Of a DNA stretch of 64,000 bases, positions 22,105-33,558 are shown in pieces. Source of the DNA: Patellaria atrata CBS 101060 (taxonomy: Eukaryota); the NCBI GenBank assembly GCA_010093705.1, contig MU006116.1:99424-163423 (forward strand). The letters run 5' to 3'. A program made the translations under genes and the position numbers. The notes under the pieces were generated by a model. That model saw only the letters and a list, made by a program, of their open reading frames with translations. It was not told where the DNA came from and made no database searches. Position 1 is the first letter of the stretch; every line of letters starts with the position of its first letter.

Positions 22105-23206
22105 ATGCCTTCAGCGTTCCCTCCCCAATTTCAAATTCTCTCAGATCTACACCTCGAGACTCCCATCTTAAACCCATTCGTACAATACCTTTAAATTCAA
22201 CGTTAATGCAAACTATATGTGTCTCCTCGGTGACATCGGTCTAGCAAAAGACGAAGGCCTATTCATCTTTCTAGAAAAGCTCCTCGCGGGGACGCCCAAC
22301 CTCAAGATCTTCTATGTCATGGGCAACCATGAGCCCTACCAAATCTCCATCCAGGACACTCAAAGCGGGTTCTCTGCATTCGAGAAAAGTATGACGCATC
22401 AGTATGATCACCGCTTCATTCTACTCGACCGGAAACGGTTCGATAGCAACGAGACAATTACTGTGCTCGGGTGCACCTTGTGGACATCAATAATGCCATC
22501 CGAAATCTTAACGGTCAGCAGTCGCCTCACCGATTGGAATGAAATTAGAGGGATTAAGGGATGGTCCGTAGATGACCATCTCAATGCGCACAAAGAAGAC
22601 CTAACCTGGTTGAACCAAGAAGTACAGAAAACAAATCAGACAGAACCTGACAGACAAATCGCGATACTTACCTACCATAGTCTAGCGACTGATCCAACAG
22701 CCAACAACTCAGCCCATACAGGTAACGATGTGAAATTGGGTTTTGTCACCGACCTTTCCTCCCAATCGTGTTGGACCAACCCCCAAGTCAAACTATGGGC
22801 ATTTGGCCATAACCATTACTCCTGCTCGTATAGGGATGAGGCTAATGGAAAGTTGGTAGTTTCGAACTAGAGAGGGTACAGCGATTTGGAAGAGAAGAAA
22901 TCCTCGGGTTTGTACCAGCAGGATATGGTTGTTGAATCTGGAGAGGGTCATTGGCACATTCTTGATGTACAGTTGCAGAAAGTTCGGGGAGGTGCAGATA
23001 GTCCTGTTAGTAGCATAGTGCCGCAGCCTCAAAAGTATGGTACAGTACGAAAGGCAAAGGAGAAGATAAAACACCTATTTGGAAAAAAAAAACAAATAGA
23101 TACCATATTTCACAAAGGAATCGACCTTGTAGGATGCTTGTACGGTGATATCACGTGTGAGAGATTTTGGGATAGCAGAACGCGTACTGGTAAGGATGAT
23201 TACTAG
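22105..23206 (+). pseudogene. Pseudogene of a calcineurin-like metallophosphoesterase
   Basis: Motifs QILSDLHLE, LLGDIG, MGNHE, LGCTLW and WAFGH. There is a +1 frameshift near 22175 (ATG 22105 is out of frame with 22217) and an in-frame TAG at 22868 in SN*RGY (family consensus NQRGY). THHSP has degraded to TYHSL. Confidence 0.82.
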
Positions 23207-23527
23207 ACTGAATGGACTACTTCTTCAACCTGTTGCGGTACGGCGACAACTGAATCTCGACCTCAAGGCTGTATGAGTGATCGACAGTGGTACAGAGGCG
23301 TGCTTGACTCAAAGGATATTAACATTAAAAGTTACATGGTATAATGTGCAATGAATGTACAACATTGAGATTGTAGCGTGTAAATGCTGATGAAAAAGAA
23401 AGCCGGTAATGATGTAAATGAGAGATCAAGGGTATCATTGATACTATGCCTTCCACACGATCGTACTAATCACAATATCCTAAACTCCCTTGCTAAATGC
23501 TATGCTCCCATCTGGTTGTTTATTCGT

Positions 23528-24098
23528 CTACGATCGTGTTCCCTCTTCTTTGGCCCTTTCCACTAACACATAATGGCTTCCTGTCCGTGATAGAACTGTT
23601 GGTGGGTCTGATTGATGCTCCTCACTCTCCTGAGAGCTCGATGGTCGGGATGTGGTAGGGTTTGCTATTGCATTATTCTGACTCACCGAGCCACGCTCGG
23701 ACAAGGTGCCCTTGATGGCGGTCTGTCTTTGGCCGTTTTTGCGTGTTTCCGGGGAGTTGGGGATACTTGTGGCATTCTTCAAGCGCTCTTCAGCTTCCCT
23801 GAGACGGGCTTCAAGATCCTTGAGCTCGGACTTCTGGATGGAGACAGACTGTTTTCTTTTCGTAGGGTCAGTATCGGACTTGAGGTGGGGACAAGGGTCT
23901 TTACTTCTTGTGAACATTCTTAGATAAGCTGTCTAGGCCACCGTCGAGCTGGAATAGATCGTCAAGAGCAGCAGAGAAGTTGCGAGCTATGGTGCTGTAT
24001 TGCGGATATCAGCGGCGTACTGTACCATCTGAACTGAGTGAGATTCCGTACGACTGAGGACGTCCGTTAGGTTTCCAGCCAAGATCAGCGTCTGCCAT
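23528..24098 (-). CDS. Small coiled-coil fungal hypothetical protein, 3 exons
   Basis: ATG at 24098. Two GT..AG introns give MADADLGWKPNGRPQSTIARNFSAALDDLFQLDGGLDSLSKNVHKKKQSVSIQKSELKDLEARLREAEERLK in one continuous frame. Confidence 0.75.
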
Positions 24099-25200
24099 TA
24101 TTGATATTTTATATATTCTGTAAGAATATTACGGTGAATATTATTGTGGACGATAAAGGTATCCAACGGGGCGTATGGAATTATATATTCCAATCTATCC
24201 GAGCCGACAGTGACGGACGGGGTGGTGGCACTGCGCAGATGATCAACAAACACCTGGGTTTCGAAGGCTCGGACACAGCTGGTCAATAACGATGGCAGGG
24301 TAAGACATTCACCGGTTAACTAGAAAATAGAAATACAACAAGGCAGACGGCTCATGGTAAGGCAACAGCAAACATTGATCGGTGATTTGTACTCGTAGCT
24401 GAAAGCCGGTGGGCTCTTTGTTCAGGTGGAGCAGGACATAGAGCATCGAAAAGGGAGCAATAGACTAAAAAAAAGGAGAATTAAAAGGAGGTCTGGTCAA
24501 TTTCCCGAGTAAGAGCGATCGCTCCCACCTTGCCTTGTTCGTTTTCGATGCAAACCTAACTCAGATACCTTAATCATGTTTGACTAAAGGTGAAAGGTAT
24601 TTGAGTCTGGGGAAGGAGAAAGCTGTTCATGTTGAAGGAACAAAACTTATCAAGGCTGTGAAAAGATGGGATAAAAAGAATCCACGGTAAGGTAATTTGA
24701 TAGTAGATTTAATTATCGGATTATTGTAGTCCGGAGGTATCTCAGGAAATCAACATTTCAGCATCAGAATTTGTTGTTGCACGTGATACTGTACAAGTTG
24801 TTCCTCGTTTGCATTCCACCTCAAATTACCTTCCTAAGGCCAAGGGTAACTACCTTTAAGGACCTGAGCTGCAGCGGCTTCCGACCGCGAAAATATCCCC
24901 GCCACACTCCCCAAAAAGCCCCAAATCCCCCAAGCAACACCGAACAAGCCGCCGCAAGACGTTTCCGGTCGCGCAAAACCACCCAGAAAAAGCTTTACTG
25001 TATCGTAACCTCATCTCCAACAACGGTCACCTTTTATTACAGTAGGCTATCTCGAAACACAATTCGCCGATAACGAGAATGCTCTTTTTCTAAGTGCTCT
25101 TTTTTTTTTATCATGCCCTCAGTGTGTCGTTCTGGCTCCTCTACCGATCACCTTTCGTCGCGACCGTCCCCCAGGTTTTCGCCGACGACACCTTTGGGGG

Positions 25201-27861
25201 ATGCCTACTAGCCTAACAGCCTACACTCCACTTGAATCCTTTCTTCTTTTTCGATCGTTGGAGTTTTATGGTGTAGAACCAACTGCCTTTAGCAAGATCT
25301 CTGATCTGTTGAAAAATAATGCCCAAATCCGGGAGGCCAAGGGCTTCGATGGCGGCCGTTTGAGTCCGGATGCCCTCAGAGAGCTCTATCTACGATTATT
25401 AAAGCAAGAGATCAGAAGCGAGATTCAGTCAACACGTCATGTTAATAGCGATGAAACGAATGGAGACTCCTCGCCGAATTCCAGGAAACGAAAGGTTCCT
25501 AGTCCCGGGTCTACATCAGCACAGGAAGCGTCCCAAAATGCCCATCTTATCCCCCAACTCGTAGCGAAGCTATACGCTAGATACCGTCAATATATGATTC
25601 TAGAGCTGAGAGAGGATGAGCGCCATTATATTCAATTGAAAAGAGAGCTCGCGGAAATTCAACGGGGTGAATGGGACGAGAAGTTACGTCGTCGCGAATT
25701 GGAAAATGGGAAGCCTTCTCGAAAAGAAAACGAGCGACACCTGGCTGTCTCACCACCAAATGCAACTGAGGATAGTCAAACGAACCTAGAAAAAGTTGTG
25801 CCTGCGTATAATGAACAATCTCCCAAAGAGCAGGATGCTGCATTACCAATTAAACGCCAACTTCAGTCCAATATTGAAGCAGTTATCAACAATCCACCTA
25901 TCCCCTCGGCCAAAGGAAAGTCTCATGTTCCACCATCTCCATCGCAACAACCGAGTGCTCTCCAACCGGCGCCTCCTTCTAAGGCTCCATCTCAACCCCA
26001 TGGACCTCCCCACGGTTACTTTCCCCCTCCCCAGTCTCCTGTTCCTGGATATCAGATAGCTTCTGCTGGTGGACACCAATCCTCGTATCTTCCTACGCAT
26101 CCTCAGGCTCCGAGCGGTCTGTCCCCTAGTCCGAAAGCTCAAAAAGCAGCTCTTGCGAAGTTGTCACCTTCTTCCCCAGTTCTAGTTCCAAATGCACCCA
26201 GTGTGTCCTATCCTCCTCCAATTCCTCCTCCAATTCCTCCGTCCCCAAGCTCAAATGCTGCCGCTTCGCCCTATAAAGGACCTCACCCCGGAACACCACA
26301 TCAGTATCCACCGAGTGCCCAACGATACCCTCCGCCGGTTGGTCCTGGAAGCCCATTGCCTGGCCATGGATATCCATCCCAGCAGGCACAGACTGGAATG
26401 AATTACTACCCACCATATGCAGGTCGGACCGGAATGTATCATCCGCCACATCAGCAGGGGCCGTCACCACCGCAGTATCCACCGCATCAAGGTGGTTATC
26501 AACTACCACCATTCCAAGTCAATATGCAAGATCCAATCAAAGTTCATCAACAGCAAAAAACACTCAATCAAGTGCAAACCCCTACCCAACCACGGACTCA
26601 GGCTCCTCCAGTTTCACAGAAAGGCGTCGTTCAAGGGTTAGCTCATGTGCAGTCTGCTCCTTCTACACCACACCCAACTCCCCCAACTCCCTCTCTCATT
26701 GCCACTACAAAACTTATATTACAAAGGACTGTTAATTCAGCGCCCCGGTCAAAAGCTCAACTCCCACCGCCACTTAACATACCTTCAAACTTCAATACCC
26801 GATGGAAAAGTACACCTACCAAGTCGGACAAGCATGAAGAAGCCCCACCTGTTAGTCCAATTAGTGAACCTGGTTCACCACAGTCCCCCAAGGGCAAGAA
26901 CCTGAAGCAACTGTCCACTCAGAAAAGGGTAAAACATCCCCCCAAAAGTGCAGCTAGAAGCACCAGACAAGATGCTTCCACTCGTGCAATGATTACAAGA
27001 GGAGGTAGTACAGCCTCATCGGCTGTTGGTAGCTCTATGCGTGGGCGAACTAGAAGCCAGTCTGTCATTTCCTATGTCGATGAGTTATCCCTTGATGCCG
27101 AATCTATAGTCGGACGGAGAGTCAAGCACGAGCCAAGCACCCCTGCGGAGATACCTGAAGAAGTCGAAGATAATGTCTCTGCTACGGAGGCGACTCCTAG
27201 TGCTCATCCGGTTACTCGTGGTCGAAGAGGAACCCTTCAGTCAGTTCAGAGTCATAAACGTAAAAGAAGCGCATTCGAGGCACCTGATTCCTTTGAACTT
27301 CCACCAAACACCCCTGGAAGAGGGTACATAATTGCTTCTCGTAATTTTCCAAGGATGAGCCAGACCATAATGAACGATATCAACTCTCATAAACACGCAT
27401 CAATGTTCAGCCAACCGGTCAAAGAGAAGGATGCAGAGGGATACAGAGATATGGTTCGGAGACCTCAGGATCTTAAGTCCATTCGCACCGCCATCGTCGC
27501 AGGGTCAAAGGTCGTCTCAGCAGCGGCGTCCGGTGATACTCCGGTCGCTAATAGTCCAGGTGGCTCAGGTGGTAATGTCATCTTGCCCATTAGTCCCGAA
27601 CTCGTGCCTCCGAAAGGAATTGTAAATGCTGCGCAACTTGAAAAGGAAGTGATGAGAATGTTAGCCAATGCGGTTATGTTTAATCCTGGGGAAGATGGGG
27701 TGGTGAAAGACGCCAGAGAAATGTTTGACACTGTAGAAGAGAGTATTAACATTTGGCGGAGCGCAGAACGAACGATTGAAGCGAAGGGAAGGAGGATGGA
27801 TGATGATACGGATGAGTTGGCTCCAGAAGAAGAAGCCCCACCGAAGAGAAGAAAAGCATAA
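25201..27861 (+). CDS. Bromodomain-containing chromatin protein (possibly BRD8/Bdc1-like)
   Basis: 886-aa ORF. N-terminal helical domain and coiled coil, Pro-rich middle, and a C-terminal bromodomain (HKHASMFSQPV...YRDMVRRPQDLKSIR...MLANAVMFN). The orthology is an inference. Confidence 0.85.
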   Translation: MPTSLTAYTPLESFLLFRSLEFYGVEPTAFSKISDLLKNNAQIREAKGFDGGRLSPDALRELYLRLLKQEIRSEIQSTRHVNSDETNGDSSPNSRKRKVPSPGSTSAQEASQNAHLIPQLVAKLYARYRQYMILELREDERHYIQLKRELAEIQRGEWDEKLRRRELENGKPSRKENERHLAVSPPNATEDSQTNLEKVVPAYNEQSPKEQDAALPIKRQLQSNIEAVINNPPIPSAKGKSHVPPSPSQQPSALQPAPPSKAPSQPHGPPHGYFPPPQSPVPGYQIASAGGHQSSYLPTHPQAPSGLSPSPKAQKAALAKLSPSSPVLVPNAPSVSYPPPIPPPIPPSPSSNAAASPYKGPHPGTPHQYPPSAQRYPPPVGPGSPLPGHGYPSQQAQTGMNYYPPYAGRTGMYHPPHQQGPSPPQYPPHQGGYQLPPFQVNMQDPIKVHQQQKTLNQVQTPTQPRTQAPPVSQKGVVQGLAHVQSAPSTPHPTPPTPSLIATTKLILQRTVNSAPRSKAQLPPPLNIPSNFNTRWKSTPTKSDKHEEAPPVSPISEPGSPQSPKGKNLKQLSTQKRVKHPPKSAARSTRQDASTRAMITRGGSTASSAVGSSMRGRTRSQSVISYVDELSLDAESIVGRRVKHEPSTPAEIPEEVEDNVSATEATPSAHPVTRGRRGTLQSVQSHKRKRSAFEAPDSFELPPNTPGRGYIIASRNFPRMSQTIMNDINSHKHASMFSQPVKEKDAEGYRDMVRRPQDLKSIRTAIVAGSKVVSAAASGDTPVANSPGGSGGNVILPISPELVPPKGIVNAAQLEKEVMRMLANAVMFNPGEDGVVKDAREMFDTVEESINIWRSAERTIEAKGRRMDDDTDELAPEEEAPPKRRKA

Positions 27862-29450
27862 CTGCATATGATGGGGTGTATTGTGCTGATATGCTAGATA
27901 AATTTCTCAATTGGATTGAATTTATGTGACTCACGCTGCCAAGATTATGTTCAATACTTTATCGTGATTTTTGTCTGGTTTTCGGTCCTGGCAGATACAA
28001 GATCTGAATTTCCTTTCACGCATTCTTATCTGAATCCCTTCAGCATTTCACTCAATTAGATATCTATATTCAATGCCTCTTCGGCTAGAAGTTCTACGCT
28101 AGCTTGACCCTCTATAGGTCTCAACCATCTCCTGATTTCCAATCCTCTATTCCTGCAAAACGTACAAACACTGGTAGTATACAAATACCTACTTCCGGCT
28201 ACGAGTGGCGGATCATAGCACTCATCGCTCTATATCAAGCTCAGGAATTCAACTGTACTTTACCCAGCAGCTGGCCAGTGAATCTTTACCGTTCGTATCA
28301 CCGACTCTTGGTTCTATGACATTCCTACCACAAATATACGAAGAAGGTGGGGAGCGGCTCTACCGTGACAGAGACTTCACCTCAAAAATCACTCTCCGGG
28401 GGAAAGAGATGCTGTGACTATACATCATGAGTTTGTGGATTTCGGCTTCACTGAATAGGTCCGGGATGTAATTTCTCTCATATGAAAAAGACACATATAC
28501 AACTAAAGCGAATACGGGTTTCGAGCATTTTATTCTGCCCCTCGTGAACCTATTCCAATATCTCTTGTGGTTGCATTGTAGCACTAAGCTTCAAATGCTG
28601 AAATGAGATTTCGTACTGCAGGTTAGAGGGCATGAACCGTCTTCACACAGCTTGTCTGATTGCAAAACTGTGTCTATGCCATTATCCTATAATCTTAATG
28701 TATATACTTTTCTATACGCCACTGAATACCTGAAAGTTTTACTCGTACAGTTATCATACAATCATCCTACAATGTCTAAAGACCCAATATGGCACATCCA
28801 CTCGCTCTATTGTCTTTCAGCGTGATCTGCACTCCGCACCCCCTTTTTACGCATTATGTTCTGTTCCGCTCGCAATACTTAGGTTTCGTCCATTTCTCTC
28901 GGTGTATTAGACCATATGTGCCGCTGTTACCATTTTGATTTGCTTGTCCAGCACGTACATGACCTTGGTAATGGATCGCACCTTATCATAAGTTACCATT
29001 TTGATACAAATTCACCACCAAGCGAAGGAGCACGCCTCCCTATTATCCACTGCCATAACTCAGTGCTCCGCCGGTGTTAGACACTGTACGTGTATATTCA
29101 CTCACTCGCTTTCCGCGAGGATTCTCCTCTTGGGCATACGTGGTACACCTCTTGCTTTATCCTCCTATCTATTGTTCTTCAAATACTGCGGGACTCGACT
29201 CATATGACTCGGTGTACCAACAAGTCATAGCAAACTGTACGCAAACTCGGGGGTGTATCTTCAAGACATAAGCTCTAAAGGTTTAGGCGCATAAGTCGAG
29301 TACGATTTGGAGCTAATAACAGAAATTATAATAGTACTGGTGTACTGTGCAAATTTGAGGACAAAATATATATAAAAATACATACGGCGCACTCCTTAAT
29401 CTTCACCCGTCTTTCACATGCTCTACTATTTCATCTCCACCTTATCTACA

Positions 29451-31626
29451 TCACTCAGTCCCTGGCTTTCTGTGTGCCTTAGCAGACTTCATACTCATCC
29501 TCGGCCTCTTCTTCCTCTCATTCTTCGGCTTCGGTTTCTTGCACCCAAGCAAACTCGCATTCATCGGACGTCTTATTCCTATGAACTTGCCCTCGGGCGT
29601 GAAGACTTCAATTTGAGGCAAATTCTGTTCATCCCTAATCTCATCGATTGGTTTGAAAGATGTTGAATCTCGGTTCTCCCTTCTTCCTTGATCTGAAGAC
29701 ATATCTCGAAGCTCCTTCTCTGCAGCTTGCTCGGGCAAGAGAACCCGCCGCTTCGGCTTCCTCGCCTGCGCCATGACCTCCACCCACCCAACCCCTTCGA
29801 CTAGCAAATCCGCCCCGTAAACCCTAAATGGTAGATTCTCGACCTTGATGCCAGCCGCCTCGGGCCTGGTCAACGGTCCAGCCTGGGCCCTGGTGACATC
29901 CCACCATAAATCAAACACGCCCGCACTCCTTACTACCTTCCTCGCTTCTTCCGCCATAACGCTCTTAACCCCACTCTCCCGCTCCCCGGTCTGGATTCCC
30001 ACCGCTTTCTCGGTTGCTGTGATATGGGGCGCCAGCGGTACGAAACCGTGAACGATGAATACAAGATCTTGTGTCACGGGTGTAATCCTCACCAGACCAC
30101 CGCCTAGCAGAAGGGATTGGCCAGGTTTGAGCGTCAGACGTTCGGGCACCACGCGGGATTTCATGACGAGGAAAGAACGAAACTCTGGATCAACGTAAGT
30201 GTCGAGAGTGCTACGAGCGAGGCCGGGGAGATCGATGAGTTCGCCGCGGCCGGAGCCGAAAGGGATGCGGATTGGTGAGGCCGTGGTGCCAGGAAGGGAG
30301 GAGATGGTGGGCATGTGCGGATAGGGAGTTTCGGGACGGGCTGGAGGTAGGAGAAGGGACGAGGTTTCTTCAGAATCGGACGCAGACGTGGCTTGGTTGG
30401 GGGTACCAAGATCGGCCATTACAGAGGGTAAGTTAAGGTCTATGTCTGTGCTTCCTCCAAATGAAAGGGCATGAGGGTCGTCTCCTGAAAGAGGCTTCAG
30501 CATAAGATTATTGCCGGTTTCGCTCCGGACTTTGTCGATGCTAATGTCATGCATTCTTCCTTTAGGGAAGACGACTTCAAAGAGGTTACTCTTCCCAACA
30601 TTGACTTTTCCGACCATCCAGCCGCCGCCGCCTCGCTTCCAGACATCTTCCTTGACTTCTTTTGTCCACCAGCCTCTTTTTGAGCTTACACACCGAACGT
30701 TTCCTAGACGAACGTTACGGCCTGTCCTACCTAGCGCATCTCGTAATACTTCTAGGAGATATGGCATCAAAGAATCTACTTGCTCTTTCTTCGGCGCTAA
30801 GAGATCAGATCTTGTGATTATGAAGCTCACGTCCGCTACTCGTCCGTTGAAGAAGGTTCTATGCTTAGAGCGTCGGTTTTGGGTTCTGAGCGGGGCCAAA
30901 TCCAGCTGCCGCGTCAGATTCGGTATAAGGGACATTGGGAGATCGGCTGCGTCAAGGACATGGTATATATGATTGTGCTTATAAGGGGATTCCGCGATAG
31001 TGTCTTCAATGGACTGAATAGTCGGATGGTGGATGGGTACGCCAGCATGATGATGAATAAGGTTGTGACATCGATCGCAGACCGGTGTGGGGGAATTTTC
31101 CTCGAGGATTTCTGTTTTTTTCCCATAAATTAGGGACTGTACTCATCGACGGCTGCTTGTTGAACATACCTTGTGGAGTTTCCACGAGACCTAGTTGTTT
31201 CCGCAGTCCTTCATGAAGGCTTTGAACAGACGCAGCGAATATCTTATCCTCAGATGTGTCAATCCTCTTTTTAGGCCTCAGGTACGATGCCACAGCCCCC
31301 CTCGACATGGAGTAGTGTCCTGCTTCATCCGGCTCTACGGTTTGCGAAAGAGCTCCACATCCTGGACAAGCAATGGGCAAAGAGCATATGGAAATATCGG
31401 AAGCCAGGGAGATAGTATCCACTTGATTTATAATTACGGTCTCTGTAAAACTCTTCTTTGATGTTGAGAATCTCTGTCTCGGAATACATTGGACATTGCG
31501 GCGAAACCGACGGGAGGTGAAAGACTCTCTGAGCAACGTTGGACAGAGGAAGGTTGGAATAGAATAATACAGGATGTCCAAATCGGCGCGAGAAACAAGA
31601 GAAGCACGATGTACTGCTCTTTTCAT
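29451..31626 (-). CDS. GEP3: Mitochondrial circularly permuted GTPase Gep3 (YqeH/NOA1 family; small-subunit mitoribosome assembly)
   Basis: ATG at 31626, one intron starting at 31169 (GTATGT..CTAAT..CAG). Zinc finger CPGCG...CDRCH, then VLDAADLP, G4 TRSD, G5 VSS, G1 GKVNVGKS, G2 PGTT and G3 DLPG in permuted order. Confidence 0.9.
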
Positions 31627-31932
31627 TGTTGCAGAGATGAAGATTCGATAGTCGTCGGGTGCATGTAGAATTGTAGACACTATTCTTTTTACGTGTACAT
31701 GGAGATAGCGTGGGATGTCATCGGGGGTTCAAATGAAAAAATGCCGCCCCCTGTCCAATTTGACGCTTTGACCGCATCTCTCCAACATTTGTTTTCTGGG
31801 GAAAATCACGGTGTACGAACATCTTACTAACCTTCAAAAACCTACATTTTCATCCCTCTCTGAGCCTAATCGTCTGAAGTATTATCTGCATCTCAATCCT
31901 TCTTAATAATTGATCCTAATTGATCCCGAGTC

Positions 31933-33558
31933 ATGCTTGCATCTTCGTCGAGAGCCATCCTGCGTCAAGCTGTTCCTAAGCAGCTGGGTGGAAGCTCTAC
32001 TGTTAGAGCTATCTCCGCCTGGTCAAAGGTTCCTCAAGGACCTCCTGTAAGCCATCAAGCTTCAATTTAATGTGAAATAACTGCTAAAATATCCTCAGGA
32101 CGTATGTTTCTCCCGCGCTCTGTGCGAATCCTAACTAATGAGTACATCTCCCTTTTGTAGGCCATTCTGGGTAAGCTCCGATCTCGCAGTATAGGTCCCA
32201 AGTGTTATTTTAACAATTAGTAGGTATCACTGAGGCATTCAAAGCGGACAGTAATCCTGAAAAGATCAATCTTGGTATTTAACACCTTTGACTCCACATT
32301 CCCCACGCATCGGCTGATGGGTATTTGATACATAGGTGTTGGCGCATACCGCGATGACAAGGGAAAACCATACGTGCTACCATCCGTAAGAACTGCTGAA
32401 AAGAAGGTTGTGAATGCGGAATTGGACAAAGAGTACGCTGGCATTACTGGTGTTCCGTCCTTCACCAAGGCTGCAGCATTGCTTGCCTATGGACCCGATT
32501 CAGCACCGATCAAGGAGGATAGGGTAGCAATCACGCAGTCTATCTCGGGAACTGGTGCTTTACGAATCGGTGGAGCTTTCTTAGAACGCTTCTATCCTGG
32601 GACAAAGACCATTTACATCCCCACCCCTAGCTGGGCTAACCATAATGCCGTCTTCAAAGATTCAGGCCTCAAAGTCGAGAAGTACAGGTACTACAACAAG
32701 GACACAATTGGCCTCGACTTTGATGGTATGGTTGAAGATATTAAGGCCATGCCAAAGGGAAGCATCATCCTTCTTCACGCCTGTGCTCACAACCCTACCG
32801 GTGTCGATCCTACTGAGGAGCAATGGCGGGCTATCAGTGACGCTGTTAAGGAAGGTGACCATTACCCGTTCTTTGATATGGCATATCAAGGATTTGCCAG
32901 CGGCGATACTGATAAAGATGCTTTCGCCCTAAGACACTTCATCAAGGAGGGCCACAAACCATGTTTAGCACAGAGCTTCGCAAAGAACATGGTGGGCTCC
33001 TTTTCCAGGCTCATGAGATAATATTCATTGCTCACAAATTTTAGGGTCTTTATGGAGAGCGTGTTGGTGCTTTCTCAATCGTTACGGAATCAGCAGAGGA
33101 GAAGAAGCGCATTGACTCTCAGATCAAAATTCTTGTTCGACCACTCTACTCTAACCCGCCGATTGGTGGAGCTCGTATCGCCTCCGAGATCTTGAATAAC
33201 CCTGAGTTGAACAAGCAATGGCTTAGAGAAGTCAAGGATATGGCTGACCGTATCATTAAGATGCGTGCCCTTCTGAAGGAAAATCTTGAGAAGCTAGGTA
33301 GCAAGCATGATTGGAGCCACATCACGTCTCAAATCGGCATGTTTGCCTATACTGGTTTGAAAGCTGAACAGATGGATAAATTAGCGAAAGAGGTAAGTTT
33401 TGACCGTTCCCACAATCCAAATGAACGAAACTTGAACGGTAGACTAAACATCATAGCATTCTGTATATGCAACCAAGGATGGTAGAATCTCGGTTGCCGG
33501 TATCACGTCAGGAAATGTCAAGCGTCTCGCCGAATCCATCTACAAGATCACTGGTTAA
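31933..33558 (+). CDS. AAT1: Mitochondrial aspartate aminotransferase
   Basis: Mito presequence, then [49 protein letters not shown] and the PLP-lysine motif QSFAKNMGLYGER. Multi-exon, including 3-nt and 10-nt microexons; ends YKITG* at 33558. Confidence 0.96.

Noticed and set aside
28100..29300. Possible decayed gene between the bromodomain gene and GEP3 (e.g. QIYEEGGERLY fragment)
   Set aside because: Only short fragments, with no consistent frame or recognisable domain.
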